DNA from: a virus
Direction: 5' to 3' (one strand)
DNA: 64,000 bases
IMG/VR virus record: IMGVR_UViG_3300037116_000074
Coordinates: 8,376-72,375 of that record
The position numbers and the translations under genes were made by a program. Shown here in pieces: positions 49,135 to 59,058 of this stretch. The notes beneath the pieces were generated by a model. It did no database searches and had not been told where the DNA came from. It worked only from the letters and a program-made list of their open reading frames with translations. Each line of letters starts with the position of its first letter. Positions within the stretch are counted from its first letter, which is position 1.

Positions 49135-52100
49135 TAATATAGACAAAAGGGATACGATAATGAAAACTAAAATATATTCTATCCAATCGGTATGGACTGG
49201 ATCATATGAAAAGGAATTATGTCAAGCACATAAAGCACCATATAAAGCCGATCAATTTCTATTGGCTGAATGTGATCTATTAGAACCAAAAGGAATGTGT
49301 GAAGATTGTGAATTAGAAATTGTCGAAACAAACTATATCAAACGCATATGTGGGACATTAGATTAAAGGGGATTATAGAAATGATTACTAATAAAATTAC
49401 TCAAGAAATAGATACCATAGCGCTAGATGATTTACGTTTATTCATTGATAATGAAGCAACTTTACATCATAATCGCGTGGTGCCAATGATAAAAAACGTA
49501 GCACGTAAGCTCAAAAATGGTACTTATGATGCTAACTTAGCTCCAAAATTATGGATATATTTAGTTGACGCTGGCATTGAACTATATATTAAAGACTTTG
49601 GTGGCAATAAGAAAATGTTCCCCAAACCCTTGCGCTACGAATTAGCTAAACAATATGCCGAATATTATTTAGAAGAAATTAAATTAGGTAATTACAGTAT
49701 GTTATTAGGTGAATAATCATGAGCAGAAAATTAGAAATATTTATTGATTTACTACCGCACAATTACAAATTAACATCTATCGATAACGGTAAAATTAAGT
49801 GGGTTAAAAAACCTAAGCAACAAATATACATCGGAGTAATGCCTGATTCTTATCAAATATTTAGATCTGATCTAACACCAACACTTGAAAGCCACGGGCA
49901 TTTATATAACGCTGTAATCGGCGCTTTCAAAACACTGCGCGGCGCAAAATTCATGCGTCAATATGGCAAAGGTAATCCACATTGCACTACCGTTGATGAA
50001 GCGGAAAGGTTAGGTAAAATATATGCTAAGTAAAATAGATAAATTACTATATTGGAACGGTAATTATGTTATTAACTTCGAAATGACACTAGATCAAGCC
50101 GAACAAGTATCACATTCAGGCGATTGTTTAGACGACGTTGAAGCACTCTTGAGAGTACCTGAAATTATCAAACAATTTGATGCTATTGATCCTGATAAGA
50201 TTCGCCTAGAGATTAAAGAGACCGGCGCTTGGGATGAAACAGAATTACAAGATACACATATGAATAAAGTTCGTTTTTTATGGATAGTTGGTAATGACCT
50301 GGCAGAGCAAGAGGTTAGCGATCATGACTAAAGATAAATTCAAAAACAAAAATGGTTCACTAACTATATATAGTTTTGCATGTGGCTATATTGAGCGCTT
50401 CATTCATAACAATATACAAGTAGATTTATATCTAGACGGTTGTTGGCATGTCAGAGCGCATGACTTCAACAAACATCAGCGCCTAACATGGGAGTCAGTA
50501 CCTACATTAACACAGGCTAGACGGTATTTTAGTTCTATTAAGCAAGAGGTTAAACAATTAGTATGACTAACGAAACTGCCTGGGCAGAGTTCGAAGCAAG
50601 CAAAACAGAGCCACCACCCGAATATGTATGCGATGAATATTACTGCCAGGTATGCCACAAAACATGGGAATTAGATCCTAGCGATGAGTCCCCGCTAGCA
50701 GATATAAACTTTACTAATAAAAATGGGATTATGGTCGGTTGGTGTAATGATTGTGGGGACTATTAAATGCACACAGTAATAATAAGAGATACACAATTTA
50801 ACGTAAGCACTGTTGAATTAGAGCGCTTACTACAAACAAGTTACTACAATAGATTTAAAACTCATAGTAACGGTTCACAAAGGCAAATAGATATTAAGGG
50901 TATCGATACATTCAGTATCGTTACGCCACATTGCCTAGATACGGCAATGGAATTAGTCAAACAATATTGTCACCCATTTTTAAAGGCAGGTCATTAACAT
51001 GTGTATAACAACAGATGAACTCACATTCAGAATTGAAAGCTTTGAATTTTGGTCTATGGTGCCCACTAGTACAGATCGTGATGGCTTACCATGTTTTGAA
51101 GCCTATTTTAGTAAAATCCCATGCGATATTTGTAATAGTATATTGTATGGTGACAGGTATGATTATACTTGTAAAAATAGATTCGAAGATACTACTAGCA
51201 TACATACTTTCAGTATTTGTGTAGATTGTATGCAATTGATTGAGAGGTAAATAACATCGATGCTATTTATAAGGAGTAATTAAAATGAAAACACAAACAA
51301 TAAACAGTATCACATTACTATTAGATGATTGTCGCGGTATCTATATACCAAGAGACTTTGCCAATTTCGATTTAACAGACTGGGACGGCATAGATCCCGA
51401 TGATATCGAAATATGTAAGCAACCAGATCATGAGTATTACTGGGATGCTTGGCAAAACATATTAGATCATGCCAAACATAAAAAACATGGTCATAGTTTA
51501 TATCAAGATGGATCTCTATGGGCAGTGAACTACGATACTATAACAGACGATGAATATAAGGAATTTTTTGGAGAGGATAGAATATCATGATTAAACAAAG
51601 AGCACAATTAGGCATAGACGGTAACTGTGGATTCGCATTATTAGGCGAAAACCTCCAAGAGGGTGAAGCCGAATTTGTAGAAATAGAAGAGCCACGCACA
51701 TCAGACAATGAGCGACAAGCAGCGGGCATAGCATTTCGGAAATTACAAGTACGCTTAAATAGACCTGACTTATCATACTATTTTGGTATATCCCACCCTT
51801 TTGGAGATTAACAATCATGCTCAAACTAAGTAAAATAACCCTAGATCCCGGTGAAGTGGTATTATGCGACCATTGCAAGCAACCATTAACCGATGAGGTC
51901 GCGGAAATAGGTACGCCAGGATATTATCATCAATCATGCGCTTTTGATTTGACAGATATCAATTTAGATTACATGGCATTTATGGATGATGCTCAAGAAT
52001 ACGCCAAGAGCAAGGGTGAGTGATGAAAGCCAAACATGAACATACTATTTTGCATGAGGCATGCCTTGATTGCTGGACATCTGCGACTAGTGACATGAGC

Positions 52101-52462
52101 CACTGTATAATATGTCATCGCTATTTTACCGGCGGCAAAGTCAATTTATGTATTAGTTGTCTAGAGTCGGAATATTTACGTTTAAAGGGGCTGGCTAATG
52201 AAGACTGATCCCTATATGGATGAATTAGCTAACGATATTCAAAAGCTTGCGCAGTTAATAGCTAAATATGAAAACATACCCTTTGCTGATCATAGATATA
52301 GCTATCTAGTAGATCATAAGCGGGAATTAATTGGCTTTAAGGTGGATATTAGTAGTGCATTAGAATATTTAATTAGGACTATAGAATCATGAAACCAGAA
52401 ATATGGCTCCTTTACATTTCATTCTATTTAAGCGCTATAATAATGCGACTACATGGTTACCT

Positions 52463-52927
52463 ATGATTACACAGGAAATAGTCAAAGAATTATTGGATTA
52501 CAATCCCCTAACCGGGATTGTAACTTGGCGTACCAGCGGTCATAAACGAACCAAAGGTGCTATAGCTGGCTCACTCAATCAGCCCTTAAATCGATACTAT
52601 ATCAGTATTCATTACAAACAATATGCTTTAGCTAGAGTTATCTGGTTATATTATTATGGAATTTGGGCAAAGATAGACATTGATCACATCAATCAAAACC
52701 CATTAGATAATAGGATAGAAAATTTACGCACGGCTAGCAGAAGCCTAAATTGTCATAATTCTAAGATTAGTACGCGCAATACATCGGGACACAAAGGGGT
52801 AAGCTATTGCCCGCGCGGACAATATTGGATATCAGATGTTACAATAGAACATTGTCGTATTCAGAAATATTTTAAAACAAAACAAGAAGCCATTAAACAT
52901 CGTCAATCAATCCAGGTGCCAACATGA
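52463..52927 (+). CDS. HNH homing endonuclease with AP2-like C-terminus
   Basis: ITQE..KELL.Y.P.TG, IDHIN.N.LDNRIENLR, NTSG.KGV. Confidence 0.92.
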   Translation: MITQEIVKELLDYNPLTGIVTWRTSGHKRTKGAIAGSLNQPLNRYYISIHYKQYALARVIWLYYYGIWAKIDIDHINQNPLDNRIENLRTASRSLNCHNSKISTRNTSGHKGVSYCPRGQYWISDVTIEHCRIQKYFKTKQEAIKHRQSIQVPT

Positions 52928-53598
52928 ATACCTGGTTTACAAGCGATCAACATTTTTTTCATACAAATATTATTAGGCTTGCCAATAGACCTTTCAATAG
53001 CATTGAAGAAATGCATGAAATGTTAATCACTAATTGGCAACAAGTAGTGCAAGAAGATGACCTAGTTTATGTATGTGGAGATTTTTCGTGGCGGTATGAT
53101 CAGATACCCCAATTATTAAAACGTTTACCAGGCAGAAAAGTTCTTATAGCGGGGAATCATGAGAAATGTTTTAAAGAACTGCATGGCATATCAACATATC
53201 GAAAATATACAGACTTCTATCTTAAAGCAGGCTTTGAAGCTATCTACACAAATTTAGTCATCGAAATAGCCGGGCAACCAGTCAATCTATCCCACTTTCC
53301 CTATCGTTCAGAACAACCGAATCCAGAATATGATGACCGCTATCGGGAAATGCGGTTAGTTAATGATGGCAGGTTTTTGGTGCACGGTCACATCCACCAA
53401 CGGGGGCTGTATAGGAATAAAATGATCAACGTTAGTGTTGAAATGCATAACTACAGTCCAGTTTCAATCGACACGATAGCAAAACATATTCAAGATAACC
53501 CTAATGGAATTGAAAACGATAACCATTCCCTTAACATATCGTCACAAAACTTAACATCTCTTAACAATGAGCCGGAAGAGAGCGATCCGACCCTGTGA
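52924..53598 (+). CDS. calcineurin-like metallophosphoesterase
   Basis: SDQHF.H, GD, GNHE, SHFP, HGHIH. Confidence 0.93.
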   Translation: MNTWFTSDQHFFHTNIIRLANRPFNSIEEMHEMLITNWQQVVQEDDLVYVCGDFSWRYDQIPQLLKRLPGRKVLIAGNHEKCFKELHGISTYRKYTDFYLKAGFEAIYTNLVIEIAGQPVNLSHFPYRSEQPNPEYDDRYREMRLVNDGRFLVHGHIHQRGLYRNKMINVSVEMHNYSPVSIDTIAKHIQDNPNGIENDNHSLNISSQNLTSLNNEPEESDPTL

Positions 53599-53656
53599 AT
53601 CTAATAGATTTTACCGGGAGAAAAAAAATTTTTGGAAAAAATAGGAGGGTGCCCGG

Positions 53657-55108
53657 TTAATTATAGACAGCATGGGCCTGTGTTAATATTTTCTTACGAT
53701 ATACTTCTGTTAATTTAATCCCAACCCGAACGCGTGTTCCACCACCTAATTGGCTAGATTTAAGATTTCCATTATTAAGCATACGACCGAATGCATTCTT
53801 GGATGGAGCATCGTGATTATTTTCATTACACCAAATCATAAATGCATCATATAATGCTTTCATTGGTTCGCTGTCATATACTTCGCTAGTGCAAGCATCA
53901 GCAATAAATTGCGCCAACAAATCATTTTCATTCATATAGCTACTACCGGCACTATCTACGATTGCAACTTTAATTAGAGATTTCTTAGATAATACCTGCT
54001 GAGCAAAGTACATCATTCTATTTAATATATAAGGTGCTTCGGCACGTAGAACAGACTTATCGAAATCTTTAATGCGATTAGCTTCACTAATCTGGTGGGC
54101 AAATGGTAATATTTTTAAGCGTCTAGCAAACCCTGCATCAGCACCGTCTACTGGAGGTTTATTATTACTGGTGAATAATAGTTTGCATACCGGCATAAAA
54201 TTAATGGTTTTACCATGCATCTCACGGGCAGTTATCGGATTACCGCTGGTAATAGCTTTAATTTTTGCTTCATTAAATTTTCCCTTCAGCTCATCAATGA
54301 ATACGAATCGTTTACCAATTAAACGCATATCTTGTTCTGGATGTGGCGTGTTGTATGTATCGGCAAATTGCGCTTGTGGTGCTAAGTACCCATATTCATT
54401 TAAAATATATAACCAGACGCCAGCCAATGATGATTTACCAGTACTTGCTAGACCGTGAAACCAGTAAAACTCCTGCTGAAATGTTTCGCCAGTTAATATA
54501 TATCCGGATAACTCTTCCAGATATTGTTCCATTTCGGGGTCACCGTGGGCCATGAATTTTATATGATTAATATAATTCGGACACAGAGAGCCATCTTGAT
54601 CATCGTTTGGTGCAACCGTAGTAATTTGCCTACAGAAATTAGATGCTGCCTGCTCTAACAATGTATTTGTTAATAAATTATATAGTCCTTCGGGGGTATT
54701 CAGTAGTAATGAGTTAGTGTCAAATTCCTGTGGGAGAATTTGCATTCTGAGATCTCTTTGTAAGATATTTATTACATTGTCTGTAAATGTAGGTCCATGA
54801 GCCTTAGACAATCCAGTCATAAACTGTGGCATGCCCTTCTTGGCTTGCAAATCACGCTTCATTTCGGCGATAACATCGCGTAATACCATATACAAGCTAT
54901 TATTTTGCTGCCAATGCGTTCCTGTGAATGAATACCATGCATTTGAGCATGGTTCATATCGGAACATAGGGCTTAATAGTGGTATTAATATATCCGCCAC
55001 CAAATTAGCCGAAAAAACATGGTGGCCGTTTTCGTTTTGGTGGGTTTCACGGCCCTCTATATTGACATAATTTTCGTACCACTTATGTCCCGATGGAAGT
55101 AGTTTCAT
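53657..55108 (-). CDS. P4/D5-family SF3 helicase (no N-terminal primase domain)
   Basis: W..F.G..W, LN...G, G...TGKS, DE, K..T.G..I.AR, N..P, RR....PF. Confidence 0.9.
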   Translation of the reverse strand: MKLLPSGHKWYENYVNIEGRETHQNENGHHVFSANLVADILIPLLSPMFRYEPCSNAWYSFTGTHWQQNNSLYMVLRDVIAEMKRDLQAKKGMPQFMTGLSKAHGPTFTDNVINILQRDLRMQILPQEFDTNSLLLNTPEGLYNLLTNTLLEQAASNFCRQITTVAPNDDQDGSLCPNYINHIKFMAHGDPEMEQYLEELSGYILTGETFQQEFYWFHGLASTGKSSLAGVWLYILNEYGYLAPQAQFADTYNTPHPEQDMRLIGKRFVFIDELKGKFNEAKIKAITSGNPITAREMHGKTINFMPVCKLLFTSNNKPPVDGADAGFARRLKILPFAHQISEANRIKDFDKSVLRAEAPYILNRMMYFAQQVLSKKSLIKVAIVDSAGSSYMNENDLLAQFIADACTSEVYDSEPMKALYDAFMIWCNENNHDAPSKNAFGRMLNNGNLKSSQLGGGTRVRVGIKLTEVYRKKILTQAHAVYN

Positions 55109-55511
55109 CCGGTTCCCCTAATAGTTGCTGTGCTTGGTCTATACTACTGATTATATGGGCAAAACCGCCTTGAGCATTAATTAAATCTCTCATATCGATT
55201 TGTTCTGGTGTAGTACGCCCCTGGCCGTCGAATCGTTTTAATTCCATAGCGCAGAATTGGGCGATAGTTTGACCGACCATATCTGGTGTAATTGTTAATT
55301 GTCTCCACCCTATGTAGTCAGGCATCCCATCGGGGCCACATCCAGCCTTTAAGCGCCTGGCGAAACCTAATACGACTGAAGAGCCATTATGTTTAATAAG
55401 TTTGCCTGCGTAGAAGTTTCCGCGCAGATTGGAGAATAGCTTAACCCGTGGTAGTTTAGTAATAAGGCGTTCGAAGGCGACTTTAGATTCGTTCTCAGGA
55501 GTTTTTTGCAT
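55083..55511 (-). CDS. VRR-NUC nuclease
   Basis: E...N.G, G.PD.IG, F.A.ELK...GR...EQ......GG.A. Confidence 0.9.
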   Translation of the reverse strand: MQKTPENESKVAFERLITKLPRVKLFSNLRGNFYAGKLIKHNGSSVVLGFARRLKAGCGPDGMPDYIGWRQLTITPDMVGQTIAQFCAMELKRFDGQGRTTPEQIDMRDLINAQGGFAHIISSIDQAQQLLGEPDETTSIGT

Positions 55512-55913
55512 CTACCCTCCTAACGAATCGTTAGCCAGTAAGTCAGTGATTTCCTGACTTGCTGGTGAGTATTTTGGCTCTAATTCTGTTTTAGCTTCTT
55601 GATAGAATTTATATACAATTTCATCTGCATTCGGAGTCTCCTGTTTTAATTCTTTGAACAACAGTACCCAAAATTCAAGTGCTATATTTCTTAGGGCTTT
55701 TTTATAAATATCAGTATCGATCCTAGATTCGCGCAATTCATCGGTCAATAAGTCATAATCAGCTCTAGGAATTGCATCTTCTAACTCTTTAATTTGCTCT
55801 ATCAAATTTGTTAGATAGTCATAGCTCATCTTGTATGTGACGTGCTTCCTGTAGTCATCTTTCTCACTCCAGTCCTTTAAGAAGTCGTTATATATTTGTT
55901 CGCTGAGTTTCAT
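55512..55913 (-). CDS. hypothetical protein
   Basis: coupled ORF. Confidence 0.55.
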   Translation of the reverse strand: MKLSEQIYNDFLKDWSEKDDYRKHVTYKMSYDYLTNLIEQIKELEDAIPRADYDLLTDELRESRIDTDIYKKALRNIALEFWVLLFKELKQETPNADEIVYKFYQEAKTELEPKYSPASQEITDLLANDSLGG

Positions 55914-56224
55914 TTCTTCACCTCAATATTAGCAATAGCAGCCAACACCACATGCGCCTTGGCGGTGTCCAATTCATTTAGGTCTATATAATCAAGTGCA
56001 AGCAATAGGTTGATATTAATTCGCAACTGTGCATGCTTACTAGATGTATCCATATCTAAGTCATCCAGAGCTGCGCTGCCTAGCTTCACGGCTTCTTGTT
56101 TATCGCCCCGGCTATGAGCATCCATCGCTTGTGAGAATAATGTATTGGCGGCGGCTACGTAATCGTCAGCGTAGCATGCAGTTGCCCGGACGAAAAGAAA
56201 AATTATTAGTATTAAATGCTTCAT
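55910..56224 (-). CDS. secreted TPR-like helical protein
   Basis: MKHLILIIFLFVRATACYA|DD; TPR-like spacing. Confidence 0.55.
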   Translation of the reverse strand: MKHLILIIFLFVRATACYADDYVAAANTLFSQAMDAHSRGDKQEAVKLGSAALDDLDMDTSSKHAQLRININLLLALDYIDLNELDTAKAHVVLAAIANIEVKK

Positions 56225-56397
56225 TCCACAACCCCATAATATTCCCGTAATAATTCCATTAACTCATCATCTTCCATATTAAATCCAGCATGATGAGCAG
56301 CGCCAATGAGTAACTGCATCAGCCGCAAATCAGGATTAGCCATCCAGATGGCTTCAACTAATTTCAATACGTGTTGTATGCGTTCAGGATCGCGCAT
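56221..56397 (-). CDS. small phage protein (YihD/DUF1040-like, not in ORF track)
   Basis: MRDPERI...W..NPDLRL.QLL...MEDDEL. Confidence 0.7.
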   Translation of the reverse strand: MRDPERIQHVLKLVEAIWMANPDLRLMQLLIGAAHHAGFNMEDDELMELLREYYGVVE

Positions 56398-57344
56398 TAT
56401 GAATCTCCTATACCGTCAGCTTCGTTACCGGGTATGATAAATTTCATAGATTGTTTTTTAGACATTAAATATTCTATTCTAGTTAATGCCTTCAAGGTAT
56501 CACTAAATTCTTCTATAGTATATGGTGCTGGCTTGGCTGGATATATAACATCTAGTGCTTCATTTATACGTTCTGAATCTGACATTCTTCTAACTCCTTC
56601 TCTAATCCATTCTTATATACATACTTCCGGATGAGTGGCGATTCGGGCGACCATCCAATATTAAGCAAATGCTTCAGATGTGCAGCCGGGCTGTTGTCTT
56701 GGGTGATGTGTACTTTGGCGGCATCTTCGTTGGCTAGATCGCCTTTTAATATAGTCATATTGTTACCCGATTACCGCGCAAGGTAAAAATCATATGCTTA
56801 TCGCCAGTGTCTATGTCTACCAGCAGCTGATGCTCATTAATAGTGTAAGGCTGGTTATTAGTAGTATTACAAATGATTTTATACATACTATCATTCTGTT
56901 GCCCGCTTATAATATGTTTTTCAATAACTTTTGCAAGCGCTAATCGAATTTCAGATCGGGTCTTATCGGACACGTGCAGACCATGTAAGTAGCCGAAGAA
57001 TTGCGTAAGCGTAGTGCTTAAGTCTGCCTCTAGATTACCACTACAGACAACATCATGTAGATAAGGTAGGTTAGTAGGTTTTAGAGTATATCCTAATCTG
57101 TATAAATACTTATTTAAAAATTGTATGATTCGTTGTTTCATTTAACTAATTCTATATTCTTCATCATTATCATAGTACGAACTGGTATTTTTTTGTATTG
57201 TTCTTCGGTTAGGACATTTGATAGGTCTTGGTTGAGTTGAATGCTTAGTGCATTATAAGCAGATTGGTAGCCACAACTGTAACCAGTTTTATAGAGTGAT
57301 GCTAGAGCTAGAAATAGCAGGCTAATTAAGATAGCTTTCATTGC
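56397..57344 (-). other. four small hypothetical genes (56397-56585, 56564-56758, 56755-57141, 57138-57341)
   Basis: overlapping coupled ORFs; the last has an N-terminal TM/signal. Confidence 0.55.
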
Positions 57345-58168
57345 TTCTTCCATCCCGAACACGAAGTAGTGTTAAACAAGGGGCAAAACAGAGAATTACA
57401 ACTTTCACTACGCGGGTTAATAGCTAATACATTAATATCTTGCGTTTGCTGGAATTCATTCAAGTCTTGCATTAATCTAGCCGTTGCATATTGCGCCATC
57501 ACCATACACTCCTGCGGATTATATGTAACAATAACATGCTCCGGTGGATTTCCTTCCTTCTTGCGAATAATATAATCTAATTGTGCCTTATTGACTTCAT
57601 AACCAATGGTCTGTAATAAATATGTATAGATACCAATTTGGTGGTATGCCTTTTGTATTACTTGTCCTGTTTTAAGATCATAGAGCGTCCCGTGTCCATA
57701 TGAATCTAAAGTAGATTTAAAATGGTATTGCTCATTAAGCTGATGATGGAAATGCTTTTCCGTTTCTTGCAATTGTCTTTGCGGTAATATCTGAGTTGCA
57801 TATAATAAAACGTATTCATCAATATGCGCCCGAATGATATCAAAGTTACTAAATTTGATAGTGAATTTCACATCATGGGATTCTAGGTCTTTTGCATACA
57901 TTTGTTGTAGCTTATCAAAACTATGCTCACAAGCAGCACGAATAACATCTACTGTGGGCTCTAGCCCCGTTCGAATTTTATCTTGATTTAACCAGTCGGC
58001 TCCTGCATGGATAGCCGATCCGACTAATGGGGTAATATAGCGAACAGTTTCTTTCACTTCGTATCCGGCGCCCTTGAGCATCCCGGCATATGAATTAGCG
58101 ACTTGCCTTCGGGGGCAGTCGGCGTATGAATCTAATGATGATCCGTGAATTGCAATCGAATGGGTCAT
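57338..58168 (-). CDS. PD-(D/E)XK Cas4/RecB-like exonuclease
   Basis: SS....DCPR, G..IH, E......D......DLKT....Q...Y, C....CP....C. Confidence 0.85.
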   Translation of the reverse strand: MTHSIAIHGSSLDSYADCPRRQVANSYAGMLKGAGYEVKETVRYITPLVGSAIHAGADWLNQDKIRTGLEPTVDVIRAACEHSFDKLQQMYAKDLESHDVKFTIKFSNFDIIRAHIDEYVLLYATQILPQRQLQETEKHFHHQLNEQYHFKSTLDSYGHGTLYDLKTGQVIQKAYHQIGIYTYLLQTIGYEVNKAQLDYIIRKKEGNPPEHVIVTYNPQECMVMAQYATARLMQDLNEFQQTQDINVLAINPRSESCNSLFCPLFNTTSCSGWKKQ

Positions 58169-59040
58169 GTGGTTTTCCTTCGACGCGGGCGTCTAGAGTT
58201 GGCATTATTATATTTCCTCACCGCGCTCTCCACCGCCGCTAATGGCGTACACCCAGTTGCATATCGCGTATCCGCAAACAAAACCTCCCACAATTCTTCA
58301 GTTTTATCTGTATGATAATCAGGAACAATACTCACGGCAGGTACTCCATCCTGGAGTAACTGAATCAAATCCTTGAATATACCTTTCAAGTACTCTAATC
58401 GTTCACATTTCTCTTCTAGCAATTGAATTTCTTGCAGTAAGTCTACTCCATCATTATCACGACCGAATAAGCCGTTCTTAAGTATCCGTTCGCTTAGTTT
58501 CATTCTTACCTTCCAATTCATCTAAACGTTTTTGTATATCAACCATATTCAGAAACAGCAATTTCAACCGTTCATCTATTGAATCTATACTATCCATAAT
58601 AGTATGTATTAATTCGATAGTGGTTGGAACGTGCTTATGTTGTTTGTGATCGCCTGGCAGGAGAGCCATCTATAATATCCTCTAAATTGTTCTATTAAAT
58701 CTAATCTAACCAATATACTTCTGATAGCGCGTACTTTAACAATAGGCACCAACCTTAGCATATCTTCATAGTCTTGTATAGCCTGTATAGCTAGCTGTGA
58801 CTTAAGATAATTTTCACCATAAACTAAATCTGATAATTTGTTAATGGTATCACCGTCCATAGTTGCTATAATGCTGAGATGGACTAGCGATATTCCTAAC
58901 TGATCTACCAGCGTAAGTGAAGCTGCTGGTAGGTCAGGCTTACTAAGTACTGGTGGTAGTTTGATTTCTGATGTAAAGCAATGCTTCGCGTTAAGGTTTG
59001 TAACACACCAATCTTTAGATATCTCTGTATCGTAGTTCAT
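58165..59040 (-). other. three hypothetical genes (58165-58503, 58478-58669, 58609-59040)
   Basis: overlapping coupled ORFs. Confidence 0.55.
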
Positions 59041-59058
59041 ATAGGTATAATACTACAT

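Larger units (their letters stand above)
47218..52392 (+). other. array of ~20 small co-oriented hypothetical genes (early/host-takeover type)
   Basis: 60-130 aa ORFs with strong RBSs (AAGGAG, GAGG) and frequent overlaps, e.g. 47218, 47645, 47942, 48723, 49160, 49381, 49719, 50023, 50324, 50563, 50767, 50999, 51285, 51587, 51817, 52020, 52198. Confidence 0.75.

Noticed and set aside
57338-58168. Cas4 as part of a CRISPR system
   Set aside because: Stand-alone Cas4-like exonucleases are common in phage recombination modules; a Bet-like partner is present
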